From positions 99,759,011-99,797,009 of the forward strand of contig NC_068983.1 of the NCBI RefSeq assembly GCF_001194135.2: a stretch of DNA of 37,999 nucleotides. The letters are read 5' to 3'. Source of the DNA: Octopus bimaculoides. Its lineage: Eukaryota. Numbering within the stretch: the first letter of the stretch is position 1; each line of letters begins with the position of its first letter. The notes beneath the pieces are model-generated. The model made no database searches. It was not told the origin of the DNA and saw only the letters and a program-made list of their open reading frames with translations. The position numbers and the translations under genes were made by a program. Positions 23,320-34,352 of the stretch are shown one piece after another.

Positions 23320-23495
23320 GGCACAGGAGTGGCTGTGTGGTAAGTAGCTTGCTTACCAACCACATGGTTCCAGGTTCATTCCCACTGCATGGCACCTTGG
23401 GCAAGTGTCTCAGGCCGACCAAAGCCTTGTGGGTGGATTTTGTAGATGGAAACTGAAAGAAGCACATCGTATATATGTATATATACACACACACA
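23320..23495 (+). mobile_element. tRNA/CORE-like SINE head running into a gap
   Basis: ggcacaggagtggctgtgtggtaagtagcttgc..ggttcattccc..caccttgggcaagtgtct..gccttgtgggtggattttgtagatggaaactgaaagaagc. Confidence 0.88.
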
Positions 23496-23989
23496 NNNNN
23501 NNNNNNNNNNNNNNNNNNNNNNNNNNNNNNNNNNNNNNNNNNNNNNNNNNNNNNNNNNNNNNNNNNNNNNNNNNNNNNNNNNNNNNNNNNNNNNNNNNNN
23601 NNNNNNNNNNNNNNNNNNNNNNNNNNNNNNNNNNNNNNNNNNNNNNNNNNNNNNNNNNNNNNNNNNNNNNNNNNNNNNNNNNNNNNNNNNNNNNNNNNNN
23701 NNNNNNNNNNNNNNNNNNNNNNNNNNNNNNNNNNNNNNNNNNNNNNNNNNNNNNNNNNNNNNNNNNNNNNNNNNNNNNNNNNNNNNNNNNNNNNNNNNNN
23801 NNNNNNNNNNNNNNNNNNNNNNNNNNNNNNNNNNNNNNNNNNNNNNNNNNNNNNNNNNNNNNNNNNNNNNNNNNNNNNNNNNNNNNNNNNNNNNNNNNNN
23901 NNNNNNNNNNNNNNNNNNNNNNNNNNNNNNNNNNNNNNNNNNNNNNNNNNNNNNNNNNNNNNNNNNNNNNNNNNNNNNNNNNNTAATAA

Positions 23990-24190
23990 TAATCTTTTCT
24001 ACTATAGGCAAAAGGCCTGAAATTTGGGGGAGGGGGAAAGTTGATTACATCGACCTCATAATTTATTGACCCTGAGAGGATGAAAAGCAAAGCTGACCTC
24101 AGTGGAACTTGAACTCAGAACATAGCGGCAGACAAAATACTGCTAAGCATTTCGCCCGGTGTGCTAATGATTCTGCCAGCTCACCACCTT
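23990..24190 (-). mobile_element. Meta-domain-like SINE (copy 1 of a tandem pair)
   Basis: Head ..ggtggtgagctggcagaa and ctttgcttttcatcctctcagggtcaataaat on the minus strand; (TTA)n tail. Confidence 0.88.
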
Positions 24191-24199
24191 AATAATAAT

Positions 24200-24425
24200 A
24201 ATAATAATAATGGTTTCAAGTTTTGCCACAAGGGCAGCAATTTTGGGGGAGAGGATGAGTTGATTACATTGACCCCAGAGTTTTACTGGTATTTAATTTA
24301 TCGATCTTGAAAGGATGAAAGGCAAGGCTGACCTTGGTGAAATTTGAATTCAAAATGTAGCAACAAGCAAAATACCGCTAAGCATTTCGTCCAGCATGCT
24401 AACAATTCTGCCAGCTCACTGCCTA
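24200..24425 (-). mobile_element. Meta-domain-like SINE (copy 2 of the tandem pair), bordered by (TAA)n
   Basis: Same consensus as 23990-24190. Confidence 0.88.
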
Positions 24426-24518
24426 AGTAGTAATAATAATAATAGTAATAATAATAATAATAATAATGATAATAATAATAAAAGTTGTAAATAAGTGAAA
24501 TAAAAGCCATAAACTTAC

Positions 24519-24584
24519 AGAAGGAAGGACTCGAATTTTGCATGTCACCGGTATAGATAAGTTGTTAACAAGTGTGGTTAAAAT
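24519..24584 (-). CDS. DUS2: DUS2 exon: ILTTLVNNLSIPVTCKIRVLPS
   Basis: Acceptor cttctttcag, donor gtaagt, 66 nt; PVTCKIR motif. Confidence 0.96.
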
Positions 24585-24683
24585 CTGAAAGAAGATTTTA
24601 CTAAAAATTATTTATGCCAAATATTTCTTAGAAGATCAAAAGAAAAAGCATCAAACAATTTTTTATGAATTAACGATCTATAT

Positions 24684-24935
24684 CAGTGTTTTTTTGTAGA
24701 GGTAGTGGTGGTGCTGCAGGGATTAAAAAAGGTAATACAAATTGCTATATTTAATAAAATTAAGGTGGTTTAAACTTTTTAAACTCATCCACTCAATAAT
24801 AAAAAAAATATTATATGAATTCAAACACTATTTTATCCTTGTTAATAAAAACTGAGGGTGGTGGGGAAAGAGAGGATCTAAAAATTTCACAAATATTTTG
24901 GGAGATTCTGGTATTTGACAATTTAAGAACTACTG
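24684..24935. mobile_element. hAT (Charlie-like) MITE
   Basis: CAGTGTTTTT...AAGAACTACTG termini; 8-bp TSD-like atctatat/atctacac fits the nTCTAGAn target preference. Confidence 0.6.
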
Positions 24936-25129
24936 ATCTACACCAGGATTCTGAGTTCAAGCTTAGTTATTGGTAATGTATAGATCTTCCAATTTGGAAA
25001 GATGCTTTATGGTACTTATCCAATAAATTTGTTTTGTTGAAAGCCAAATAATACTTCATCTCTTTTAATTTGACTCACATAAAAACATAAGAAATGATAT
25101 CATTACATATCAGTATAAGTGTGAGGAGA

Positions 25130-25500
25130 CATAGGCACAGGCATGGCTATGTGTTACAAAGTTTGCTTCATGTTCAATGCTGCTGTGTGGAACTTTGAGC
25201 AAGTGTCTTTTACCATAGCTTTGAGTTAACTGAAGCTTTGTGAGCACACTTTGGTAGATGGAAACTGTAGAGAAGCTAGTCACACACACACATGGTGATG
25301 ATGGTGCAGTACATGTATGCACATGTATGTGCATGCTTGTGTTTGTCTCAGCAAATCTTAAAACCAACACTGCTGGGCAGAGGTGGTGTTTGTTTATGTC
25401 CAGCAGCTCAGCAGTTTGATATGAATATTCCAGTATAAAACAGTATTTTACTTAAAAAGGAAAGGATGGTATTAGGAAGGGCATCCAACCAAAGAATAGT
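25130..25500 (+). mobile_element. Decayed tRNA/CORE-like SINE
   Basis: ggcacaggcatggctatgtg..tttgagcaagtgtctt..ggtagatggaaactg..(CA)n..gtattaggaagggcatcca. Confidence 0.75.
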
Positions 25501-25656
25501 ATTTCAAGAAGTTTTATTCAGCTAATACCAGTGTCAAAAAAGTGGATGTAACAAAACTGGCACTGACAATGATCAGACCGTTAAATTCTGGATTAGTATA
25601 TTCTCCTATTACCTTCGAATATTATCATTTTTATACATTCATATATTCTTAAATTA

Positions 25657-25958
25657 CAAGACATTAGAACGAGATCGTTGCCAGTGCCGCTGGACTGGCT
25701 CCTGTGCAGGTGGTACGTAAAATACACCATTTTGAGTGTGGCCGTTGCCAGTACCGCCTGACTGGCCTTTGTGTCGGTGGCATGTAAAAGCACCCACTAC
25801 ACTCTTGGAGTGGTTGGCGTTAAGAAGGGCATCCAGCTGTAGAAACTCTGCCAAATCAGATTGGAACCTGGTGTAGCCATCTGGTTCACCAGTCCTCAGT
25901 CAAATTGTCCAACCCATGCTAGCATAGAAAGCAGACGTTAAACGATGATGATGATGAT
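25657..25958 (+). mobile_element. Young RTE 3'UTR end with (GAT)n tail
   Basis: Near-identical to 17040-17335. Confidence 0.93.
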
Positions 25959-26475
25959 AAGTAAACTAATACTTCGTGTAACATAGAAGTTTCAACATTT
26001 TTATCTTGCATCCCTTCTCATGTAAGTAATACAGGCAAACTCTTATGCAAGTAATACAGGCAAAATCTAAATGCACTATGGCTTTTTCAACTGCAGAATT
26101 CTGTCTGAGAAAGTATAAAATTATTTGATTTGTGTACACTGAAATATCAAAACCATGTTAATAAAGTACCAAACACTATATAGACACTCCATCAGGTCAA
26201 TACCTAACCAAAAGATGAATGAAATAAAAGTTAGACTTACAACTCATAACTTTATAAAAGGACTTAAATAATCTAAAATGGGATGACACTTTAAGATCTT
26301 CAAAAGTCATAAGATCAGACCAAAAGAGATGCAAAGGTTTCATGAATGACAGAATATAACACTATATGGTAAGATTTGCACTGTAAATAAATAATGAAAA
26401 AAAGCTATAAATATAGCACATGACCATAGCGCAAAGGGTAAATGTTTTGAAACTGTATATTACAGTAAAGATGTG

Positions 26476-26683
26476 TTAACCCTTTCATTACAACATTTCT
26501 GTTGAAATACACTGTGTATGTTTCAATGAATTTGGAAAACAATGGAATATTTATTAAGCTGGTGTTTGGAACATAAATCAACATGATCTTTTTATGGGAG
26601 ATTTTAATTTAGATCACTTTAAAAAAGCAAGTTTTTAATACAGAACCATGTGCAGTCTCAGGTGTTTGTATCAAAAGGGTTAA
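26476..26683. mobile_element. Uninterrupted TTAA-flanked piggyBac-type MITE (host family of the nested element at 8623-9069, opposite orientation)
   Basis: ttaaccctttcatt...atcaaaagggttaa. Confidence 0.8.
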
Positions 26684-27033
26684 TCATAGCTCAAGGTAGA
26701 TGAAGATGATAAAAGAATTAATGTTTAAATATAATCTAGAAGGAAAGACAAAAGATGAGGTTATGCCTCATTTTATGAGTTTAAAGCTTGTACAAACAGA
26801 ACTTTTCCACTGATTTAACACACATTTTTCTCAGAACCTTCAGAACTGTCTGAATATTATGTAATTAGAAGCAGTTTAGAGATATTAATCAGAAAAAAAT
26901 ATAATGAATTATCTAGTTAGTGAAGCACCAAGAACTAACAGAACAAGGAAATCAGTCTGCCGACTGAGATTTTATTGAAATAAGAAGGAAGTTTATTTGC
27001 AGAACAATAATATAGAATTAATTTTAAACATAC

Positions 27034-27081
27034 CTCTTTAACTTTTTCTGGCTTCTTCAGAAGTGCAGCTCCCATTCCACC
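27034..27081 (-). CDS. DUS2: DUS2 exon: GGMGAALLKKPEKVKE
   Basis: Acceptor cttaccattag, donor gtatgt, 48 nt; GGMGAALL is diagnostic of DUS2. Confidence 0.96.
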
Positions 27082-27339
27082 CTAATGGTAAGTGATTAAA
27101 CAGAAAGACAGAAAATTTCTGTAATGAAACTTTATGGATGTAAGAGACTTACAGATTATTTTCCTTATGTACAGATTTACTTTAAACAGAGAAATACTTT
27201 AAAATTAAATTAGTTACATTGTAGCACTATATTATTTAATCTTATTTTCAGAAGGCATGAGATTAAATATTGTTGTATAAACACACAGATTTTGTAGATC
27301 AATACGTAAATGCATAGAAAAGTAGAAAAATATTAAGAG

Positions 27340-29085
27340 ACAGGTCTGAAAAGAAAGGAATAAAGAGGGGAGCAAGGAACAATAGCAGATAAATAGAAGT
27401 AGAAAGTAAGAGGTTTGTGATATAAGGCTGGAAGGTGTGAGGTGTTTCAGAATGCAAAGCAGCGCATCTGAATCTAAACATGGGACTGAAAGCATGTACA
27501 TAATGTAAGAGGTATACTTGCTGAGAAAAGAGAGGTATTGGAAGAGGCAGCTATGTTGAATACAGAGAATTGTGTAGGTGAGAGACTACCAAAGAAGAAA
27601 CAACTATAGGTTCTAAATAACCATTAAGGAAAGAACTGAACCATCAGGGAGAATTGGTGAGATACTAAAAATATCAGGTGAAGTAGGACATGCACTAATC
27701 ACTTGCATAGTTAATTAAGTAGTTCAGAGGTGTTGTCCCATATAACTATTGTAGAGGTATCATTGTCAACTGCTACAAGAGATAAAAGCAATGCTCAAGA
27801 AAGGAGCAACTACAGAAGTATCACTTATAGACAAAAAGAGCTGCAGTAGGAAGGAGCTTAAGTAGGAAGAGAATTAGCTTACATGAAATGCAGTTCAGCT
27901 TGGTGCCATGATGGGGAATTACTGATGTCCTTTACTCCATAAAGTAATATCAGCTTTTAGTTAAAAGCAAGAAAGCAAATTGACCTGGAGAAGGTCTTTG
28001 GTAGTGTTTCGTGTTTTGTAGTCTGGTGGTTATTAAAAAAACTGGATATAGATGAATGGCTTGTGAGAGCCATGTAGAGATGCTGTCATCAAGGTGTGAG
28101 TTAGCAATAAATTCAGTATGGAATTTAGCATGCAGGTAGGTACTCTCAGCTCCCATCTGTTTATTATAGATATCCAAGTCATAACAGAAAAATTCAAGAT
28201 TGGCTGTGGTAACTCCTGTATGTCAACAACCTAGTTCTCAAAGGTGAATCAATCAAAAAGTTACAAGTCTCAAACATGGAAGCAGGACCCAGAATGAAGA
28301 GGTTTAAAGTAAATGTAGCTAAGATAAAAGTCTTAGGTAGCAAGAAAGGATGTAGAACTATTGTCATTTAGGAAGTGGGCAAGCTTAATATGCAGAAAAG
28401 ATATAAATAAAAATTCTACACAGTGTAGCCAATATAAGAGTATATGAGAGACGCAGTGGGATTACAAGGAGGCTGAGAGAGAAGGAGTTCATATGTTGCA
28501 GATGCACAGGGATACAAAGAGAACTAATGAAATAAACCCTTTCAAATGCACAGAAACCCCCCTAGAAGTTGACAGCTCCTGTTTCTTATGTGGCAGCAGT
28601 GGTGGGTATTCCAAATGCATAGTGGCCAAAATTAGAAATGGGCAGAAAAAGTTGAGATTGGAAAGTCTATATGATGCCTGTTTATAATGTGTGATACTGC
28701 ACAAAGGTAAAACAGGAGTACTGGATGCATAAGAAAAAAATGAGGTGTCCATTCTGTGCTGGATGTATAATGTTAGTGTACATAAATGAACACAAAATGG
28801 GCTGACAGCAAAACTGAATGCAGGAGGTATCAACAATGATGTGTAAAAGAGAAGACTGTGCTGGAGTAGACATATGATGTATATGAAGAGTGACAGTCAG
28901 TCAAGTGATACAGGTGGAAGTAATTTGCAGAAGAGAGAATGAAAGGAAGATATGGAAAGAAGTAGTGAAGACTGATTTCAAGAGGCTAAATCTCACAAAG
29001 GAAGTGACAAAGGATTGCAATAAATGGTGAAATATTGTACTAGAGAAGACCCGACCAACTTATACAAGCGGGGGAAAATATGATG
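27340..29085 (+). mobile_element. Old RTE LINE remnant spanning the RT domain to the C-terminus
   Basis: IVNCYK...NYR.I, QFSLVP, DLEKVF, IDEWLVRA, LLYVNNLVL (decayed YADD), finger region, LYDAC; many stops. Confidence 0.85.
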
Positions 29086-29300
29086 ATAATTATTAAATTT
29101 CAGCTCACAGTGCAAACAAGAAAAATAAAAATAAAATAGGATTTGGCAAACATGAAAAATAGAAACTTTTCTTTTTTTTTCTTAGATTTTAATACATGAC
29201 AATTTTAAAATTATATATTAAAAATACGACAGTATTCAAATTGGATTTAGATGAATGGCTTGTGAGAATAGTAAACTAAAATATGAGAAAATATATTTAT

Positions 29301-29305
<5 letters not shown>

Positions 29306-29352
<47 letters not shown>

Positions 29353-29353
29353 T
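29306..29353. repeat. (TA)n(CA)n microsatellite
   Basis: Directly visible. Confidence 0.98.
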
Positions 29354-29452
29354 ATATGTAGATATACATACACACACACACAACAGTATTGAAGAGAGAG
29401 AATGGAATGAGAGTTCAGCATCATGTTTGATGGATAAATATTCTTTATTTGT

Positions 29453-29640
29453 GGATTAATAATGTAACTAAAGGTTTCATATGGAAAAAATTTCCATAAT
29501 TTCCAAGCAGTCTGCTTAAAAAGGCTGGTAATCACCTCCATTTTGATGAGAAATGGAGGTAATTACTAGCATTCTTAAGTGGATTGCTTGAAATTTGCGA
29601 AAATTCTTTCCACATGAAGCCATTGATAGTGTTAATCCAA
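29453..29640. repeat. Long imperfect inverted repeat (foldback), centre 29544-29550
   Basis: Core arms gtaatcacctccattt/aaatggaggtaattac match 15/16; pairing extends outward for about 90 bp per arm. Confidence 0.8.
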
Positions 29641-29655
29641 ATATATACATATGGG

Positions 29656-29701
29656 ATGCTAGCATGGAAAGCGGACATTAAATGACGATGATGATGATGA
29701 T
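29656..29701 (+). mobile_element. Extremely truncated RTE tail (~45 bp)
   Basis: atgctagcatggaaagcggacattaaatgacgatgatgatg. Confidence 0.8.
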
Positions 29702-30049
29702 TATATATATATATATAAATATTGAAAGAGATAGAAGGCTAAACAATGCAAAATGGACTGTAAGATGAAGCAACGAAAATTAAAAGTAAGTCACCTGGTA
29801 ATCTTTGCTTATTTTTTTATTGTTGTTGCTGTTGGTCTTTAATCTATCCAATATTTTGGGACCTAAAATTCCCTTCATCAGGGTTAAAAGGAACTTTCAT
29901 TGGATAATGTTCCAATTTCCTCTCTTCAGGATAAAATTTTGATTTTGATTAAAATTTTTTCTTAAATTATTTTCAAGCGTTTTTGATGGTTGTTTCACTT
30001 TCCACATGAATGACATCAATTGCTAATATAGTATTTCGCAAAATACTGT

Positions 30050-30570
30050 GTGTGGCAAATGCTCAGGGGCAATAAATACTGAAAATGTGCAGAAAACAGC
30101 TTCCATCACATGACAGGGGGAAAAAACTAGAAATAATTGATAGATTCCATTACCTAGGTGATCAAGTCATTGTCGTGGCCGATGACAGTACCGCTTGATT
30201 GGCTTCCATGCCAGTGGCTCATAAAAAGCACCATTCGAGCATGGTCAATGCCAGTGCCGGCTGACTAGTCCAGTGCCTGTGGTACATGAAAAGCACCATT
30301 CAAGCATGGTTGTTGCCAGTGCCACCAGACTGGCTCCTGTGCCGGTGGCATGTAAAAAGCACCATTCAAGTACGGTCAATGCTGGTGCCAGTGGCACATA
30401 AAAAGCACCCACTACACTCTCGGAGTGGTTGGCGTTAGGAAGGGCATCCAGCTGTAGAAACTTTGCCAGATCTGATTGGAGCCTGGTGCAGCCTTCTGGC
30501 TTGCCAGCCCTCAGTCAAACCATCCAACCCATGCCAGCATGGAAAGCAGGCGTTAAATGACGACGATCAT
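30050..30570 (+). mobile_element. RTE LINE copy with a large internal deletion
   Basis: CGKCSGAINTENVQK..EKLEIIDRFHYLGDQV joined directly to 3'UTR repeats and tail. Confidence 0.85.
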
Positions 30571-30910
30571 GAGTGGTACAACAATGCACCGATGTTTACT
30601 GGAAATAGCAGTTGATAATATATGATGCTATAGTAACGCTTCACTGTATATATATACTGGCAAAGATGTTTGTAGGCGGCAAACAAAAAATTTCATCTTA
30701 CCTGTAGGAAGAACATTAAATAAATGTACAACCCAGATGTGGATAATCTAGGATCTAGATTTTGAACTTTCCAAATTACGCTTGTTAACGTAAAATTGAT
30801 CAGTTCTCCTCCGCTAGATTCACCTAGACAAAATTTCGAATGTTGCTACATCAGTGCCAGTATACTTATCTGAACGCTTGCCCGTTAACAGACCGAGAAC
30901 ACTGAAAAAA

Positions 30911-31080
30911 CCTTGTGAGTGGATTTGGTAGATGGAAACTAAAAGAAACCCATCAGTATATTTATAGGCATATACACATGTGAATGTAAATACATGAGTG
31001 TGTGTTTGTGTTTGCTTGTCTTGACATCACATGGTAGTTGTAATTGAGAGTCACTGTCATGCAAGCAGGGTCATTCATTA
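30911..31080 (+). mobile_element. Partial SINE (post-CORE segment plus start of tail)
   Basis: ccttgtgagtggatttggtagatggaaactaaaagaaaccc..cttgtcttgacatc..gtcactgtcatgcaagc. Confidence 0.75.
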
Positions 31081-31140
31081 ATACCAAAAATACTTTTCAA
31101 AATACCAAAAATACTATTAAAATGTTGTCTAGGTACATAC

Positions 31141-31201
31141 TTTTATAGAAAACTCTTTTGGACAGCCCATGTTGACATCAACAGCAGTGACACAATCTTC
31201 T
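31141..31201 (-). CDS. DUS2: DUS2 exon: EDCVTAVDVNMGCPKEFSIK (catalytic Cys motif)
   Basis: Acceptor ctatttgtag, donor gtatgt, 61 nt; NMGCP is the Dus catalytic motif. Confidence 0.97.
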
Positions 31202-31574
31202 CTACAAATAGAAGGTGAATTTTAGTTACCTTATATTTATCAATAACTTTAAATCATTAAACATTTTAAAAGAAACTTCTAACATGTATCTTTTACTGAT
31301 AGCTATTAGAACTAGTTAAAATACATTTTGGGTAATGCAAACTATAATTTAATGTATTATACAAGGTAAACTAGGTACAACTTGAAGTCAAATGTGTTCA
31401 CATCCATTTAGAATGCTACTATAAACAAAACAAAGTTTGTTACTAGACTCTATTAGTATCAGCTTAAGTCAGAAAAGAAAAACAAGCTGACTGTCAGAAT
31501 TCAAACATCATATTCATTTGCCCAGCAAAATAAAATTATGCATTAATTATGCTAATTAAGTCATCATATTTGTT

Positions 31575-31710
31575 TCAAATTTTGGCACAAGGCCAACAGT
31601 TTAAAAGAGAGAGCAGGTCGATTATATCGACCCTAATGTTCAACTGGTACTTATTTTATCGACCCTGAATGGATGAAAGGCAAAGTGGACCTTGGTGGAA
31701 TTTGAACTCA
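31575..31710 (-). mobile_element. Partial Meta-domain-like SINE
   Basis: cttattttatcgaccctgaatggatgaaaggcaaagtggaccttggtggaatttgaactc. Confidence 0.8.
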
Positions 31711-31794
31711 ATAATTAAGTCATCATATTGATAATTCATTGCATGATTTATGTTAAAATAACATATAGGTACAGTTATAGGTAATTTTACCAGG

Positions 31795-32050
31795 GTATAT
31801 GTAGCATCAAATATAGTGTGCAAGAGAGAAGACTGCACTGGTATGGCCATGTAATGCATGAATGAGGACAGTTGCATCAATAGGTGTTGGTCGCTAAATC
31901 TAGAGGAAACATATAGAAGGGATAGACCCATGAAGACATGAGATGAAGTGGTGAGAATGAATCTATAAACATTAGAACTCACAGAAAGGATGACAGGGGA
32001 CTGAGACGCCTGGAGGTTTGCTGTGCTTGAAAAGACACATCAAGCTAAGT
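31795..32050 (+). mobile_element. Old RTE C-terminal fragment
   Basis: gtgcaagagagaagactgcactggtatggccatgt (VQERRLHWYGHV). Confidence 0.8.
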
Positions 32051-32117
32051 ATGGTTGCCCTTGCATACAAGCTCATCCATTGCAGCCCTCCAGCTGAGCA
32101 TTCCTAATCTTGCATCC

Positions 32118-33006
32118 GTTGGATGTGTAATGTCAATGTGAATACCCGTCAGAGTGTAAGTATCTTGAGAGAAAAGCTGAACATTAGAAGCATCAGTTGT
32201 GGCGTGCAAGAGAGACGATTGCGCTGGTATGGACATGTGGTGAGAATGGAGGAGGATAGCTGCGTGAAAAAGTGCCACACCCTAACAGTTGAGGGAACCC
32301 GTGGAAGAGGTAGGCCCAGGAAGACCTGGGCTGAGGTGGTGAGGCAAGACCTTCGTACATTGGGCCTCACCGAGGCGATGACTACTGACCGAGACCTTTG
32401 NNNNNNNNNNNNNNNNNNNNNNNNNNNNNNNNNNNNNNNNNNNNNNNNNNNNNNNNNNNNNNNNNNNNNNNNNNNNNNNNNNNNNNNNNNNNNNNNNNNN
32501 NNNNNNNNNNNNNNNNNNNNNNNNNNNNNNNNNNNNNNNNNNNNNNNNNNNNNNNNNNNNNNNNNNNNNNNNNNNNNNNNNNNNNNNNNNNNNNNNNNNN
32601 NNNNNNNNNNNNNNNNNNNNNNNNNNNNNNNNNNNNNNNNNNNNNNNNNNNNNNNNNNNNNNNNNNNNNNNNNNNNNNNNNNNNNNNNNNNNNNNNNNNN
32701 NNNNNNNNNNNNNNNNNNNNNNNNNNNNNNNNNNNNNNNNNNNNNNNNNNNNNNNNNNNNNNNNNNNNNNNCATAAAAGACACCATTTCGAGCGTGGCCA
32801 TTTTCGTGCGGGTGACACGTAAAAGCACCCACTACACTCTCTGAGTGGTTGGCGTTAGGAAGGGCATCCAGCTGTAGAAACTCTGCCAAATCAGACTGGA
32901 GCCTGGTGTTGCCATCCGGTTTCACCAGTCCTCAGTCAAATCGTCCAACCCATGCTAGCATGGAAAGCGGACGTTAAACGATGATGATGATGATGATGAT
33001 GATGAT
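32118..33006 (+). mobile_element. Young 5'-truncated RTE LINE (internal gap 32401-32771)
   Basis: ORF 32123: VQERRLRWYGHVVRMEEDSCVKKCHTLTVEGTRGRGRPRKTW; 3'UTR end and (GAT)n tail. Confidence 0.95.
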
Positions 33007-33222
33007 AACATGCACAATGTAGGCTTAATCAAAGCTATGATCTGAAGGTGATTTACTTCAAGAAAACTATTAAAAAAAATTGAATATCTAATACAAGAAT
33101 TTTGATCAAAGCTTGTGCTTATAAAATAAAAGATTAATATAAAAAGCAATAAATGCTTTTACTCATATATATCTTCTGAAATTTCCATAAATAATAATCA
33201 TATAGCAAACATATCAACATAC

Positions 33223-33266
33223 ACTTTTTTGGCAGATATAAGAGCCCGTTTCGCATCCGCTGTTCC
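33223..33266 (-). CDS. DUS2: DUS2 exon: GTADAKRALISAKK(V)
   Basis: Acceptor ttattgcag, donor gtatgt, 44 nt, phase 0 to 2; resembles GTSDAERALAVARLV. Confidence 0.93.
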
Positions 33267-33354
33267 CTGCAATAATAATAAGAAAGAAAACATGTATTCA
33301 TTATATTCAATAGATACTGTTCATAAATGATAGTTTCCCAAATAATTTAAAAAC

Positions 33355-33655
33355 TGGCACAAGCATGGCTGTGTGGTTAAGGAGTTTGCTTCCCAGCCAT
33401 ATGGTTTCAAGTTCAGTCCCACTGTAATGTACTTTGAACAAGTGACTTCAATTATCACCCTAGGTTGATCAAAGCTTTGTGAATGGATTTGGTAGAAGGA
33501 AAGTGAAAGAAACCTACTGTCTATATAGATATAGATAACAGGCTTCTTTATAACCATGTACGTGTATGTGTGCACGTGTGAGTTTGTGTGTCTCCTTGTC
33601 TTGACATCATGCGATAGTTGTAAACTAGCTTCACTGTCATGCAAGTGATGCAATT
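33355..33655 (+). mobile_element. tRNA/CORE-like SINE, 5' part (tail resumes at 34346-34460)
   Basis: ggcacaagcatggctgtgtggttaaggagtttgcttccc..agttcagtccc..; tail cttgtcttgacatc. Confidence 0.82.
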
Positions 33656-33667
33656 TATTTAACTAAT

Positions 33668-34352
33668 CATCATCATCCTCATCATCGTTGTTTAACGTCT
33701 GCTTTCCATGCTAGCATGGGTTGGACGATTTGACTGAGAACTGGTGGACCAGGAGGCGACACCAGGCTCCAATCTGATTTGGCAGAGTTTCTACAGCTGG
33801 ATGCCCTTCTTAATGCCAACCACTCCGAGAGTGTGGTGGGTGCTTTTACATGCCTCCGGCACGAAGGCCAGTCAGGCGGTACTGGCAATGGCCACACTCG
33901 AAATGGTATATTTTACGTGTCACCTGCACAGGAGCCAGTTCACCGGCACTGGCAACGATCTCGCTCGAATGTCTTTTCACGTGCCACTGGCACAAGTACC
34001 AGGAAGGCGACATTGGTAACGATCACGCTGGTGATATTTACGTGTCACCGGCACGGAAGCCAGACAGTTGTTCTGGCAACGATCACGCTCAGACGGTGCT
34101 CTTAGTGCTCTACTGGTACAGGTGCCATCACAATTTTGCTTTCGCTTGCCCCAACAGGTCTTCGCAAGCCGAGTTTAGTATTCCTACAAATTTAGTTCGA
34201 TTTCGATTTCACTTGCCTGAACAGGTCTTCGCAAGCGGAATTTAGTGTCCAATGAAGGAATATTACGTGTAAGTGGGCTGGCTACATCCCTGACAGAGGC
34301 CTTGGATTTTGGTCTCACTTGGCTTGCTGGGTCTTCTCATGCACAGCATATT
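33668..34352 (-). mobile_element. RTE 3'UTR copy with (GAT)n tail
   Basis: Collinear with 6564-7495. Confidence 0.93.

Noticed and set aside
23320-23400. tRNA-like sequences with A and B boxes at SINE heads
   Set aside because: No complete cloverleaf; they continue into SINE bodies, so they are not tRNA genes
23376-24090. Long ORFs in the ORF track, also at 22156-22566 and 32149-32925
   Set aside because: Their length comes from N-gaps translated as X
26015-26065. Short local duplications (aagtaatacaggcaaa; similar cases at 16140-16200, 31081-31115, 37274-37303)
   Set aside because: Two-copy slippage-type duplications are common in this AT-rich DNA, and there is no sign of function
29840-29890. 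Second hammerhead-like string on the minus strand: CTGATGA-A-GGGA-ATTTTAGG-TCCC-AAAA
   Set aside because: The essential GAAA reads AAAA, there is no helix III or clear NUH site, and helix I is weak. At best it is a dead relic.
30180-30405. Regularly spaced repeats with a CRISPR-like look
   Set aside because: Eukaryotic context; the units are degenerate and the inter-repeat sequences resemble each other; they are part of the LINE 3'UTR
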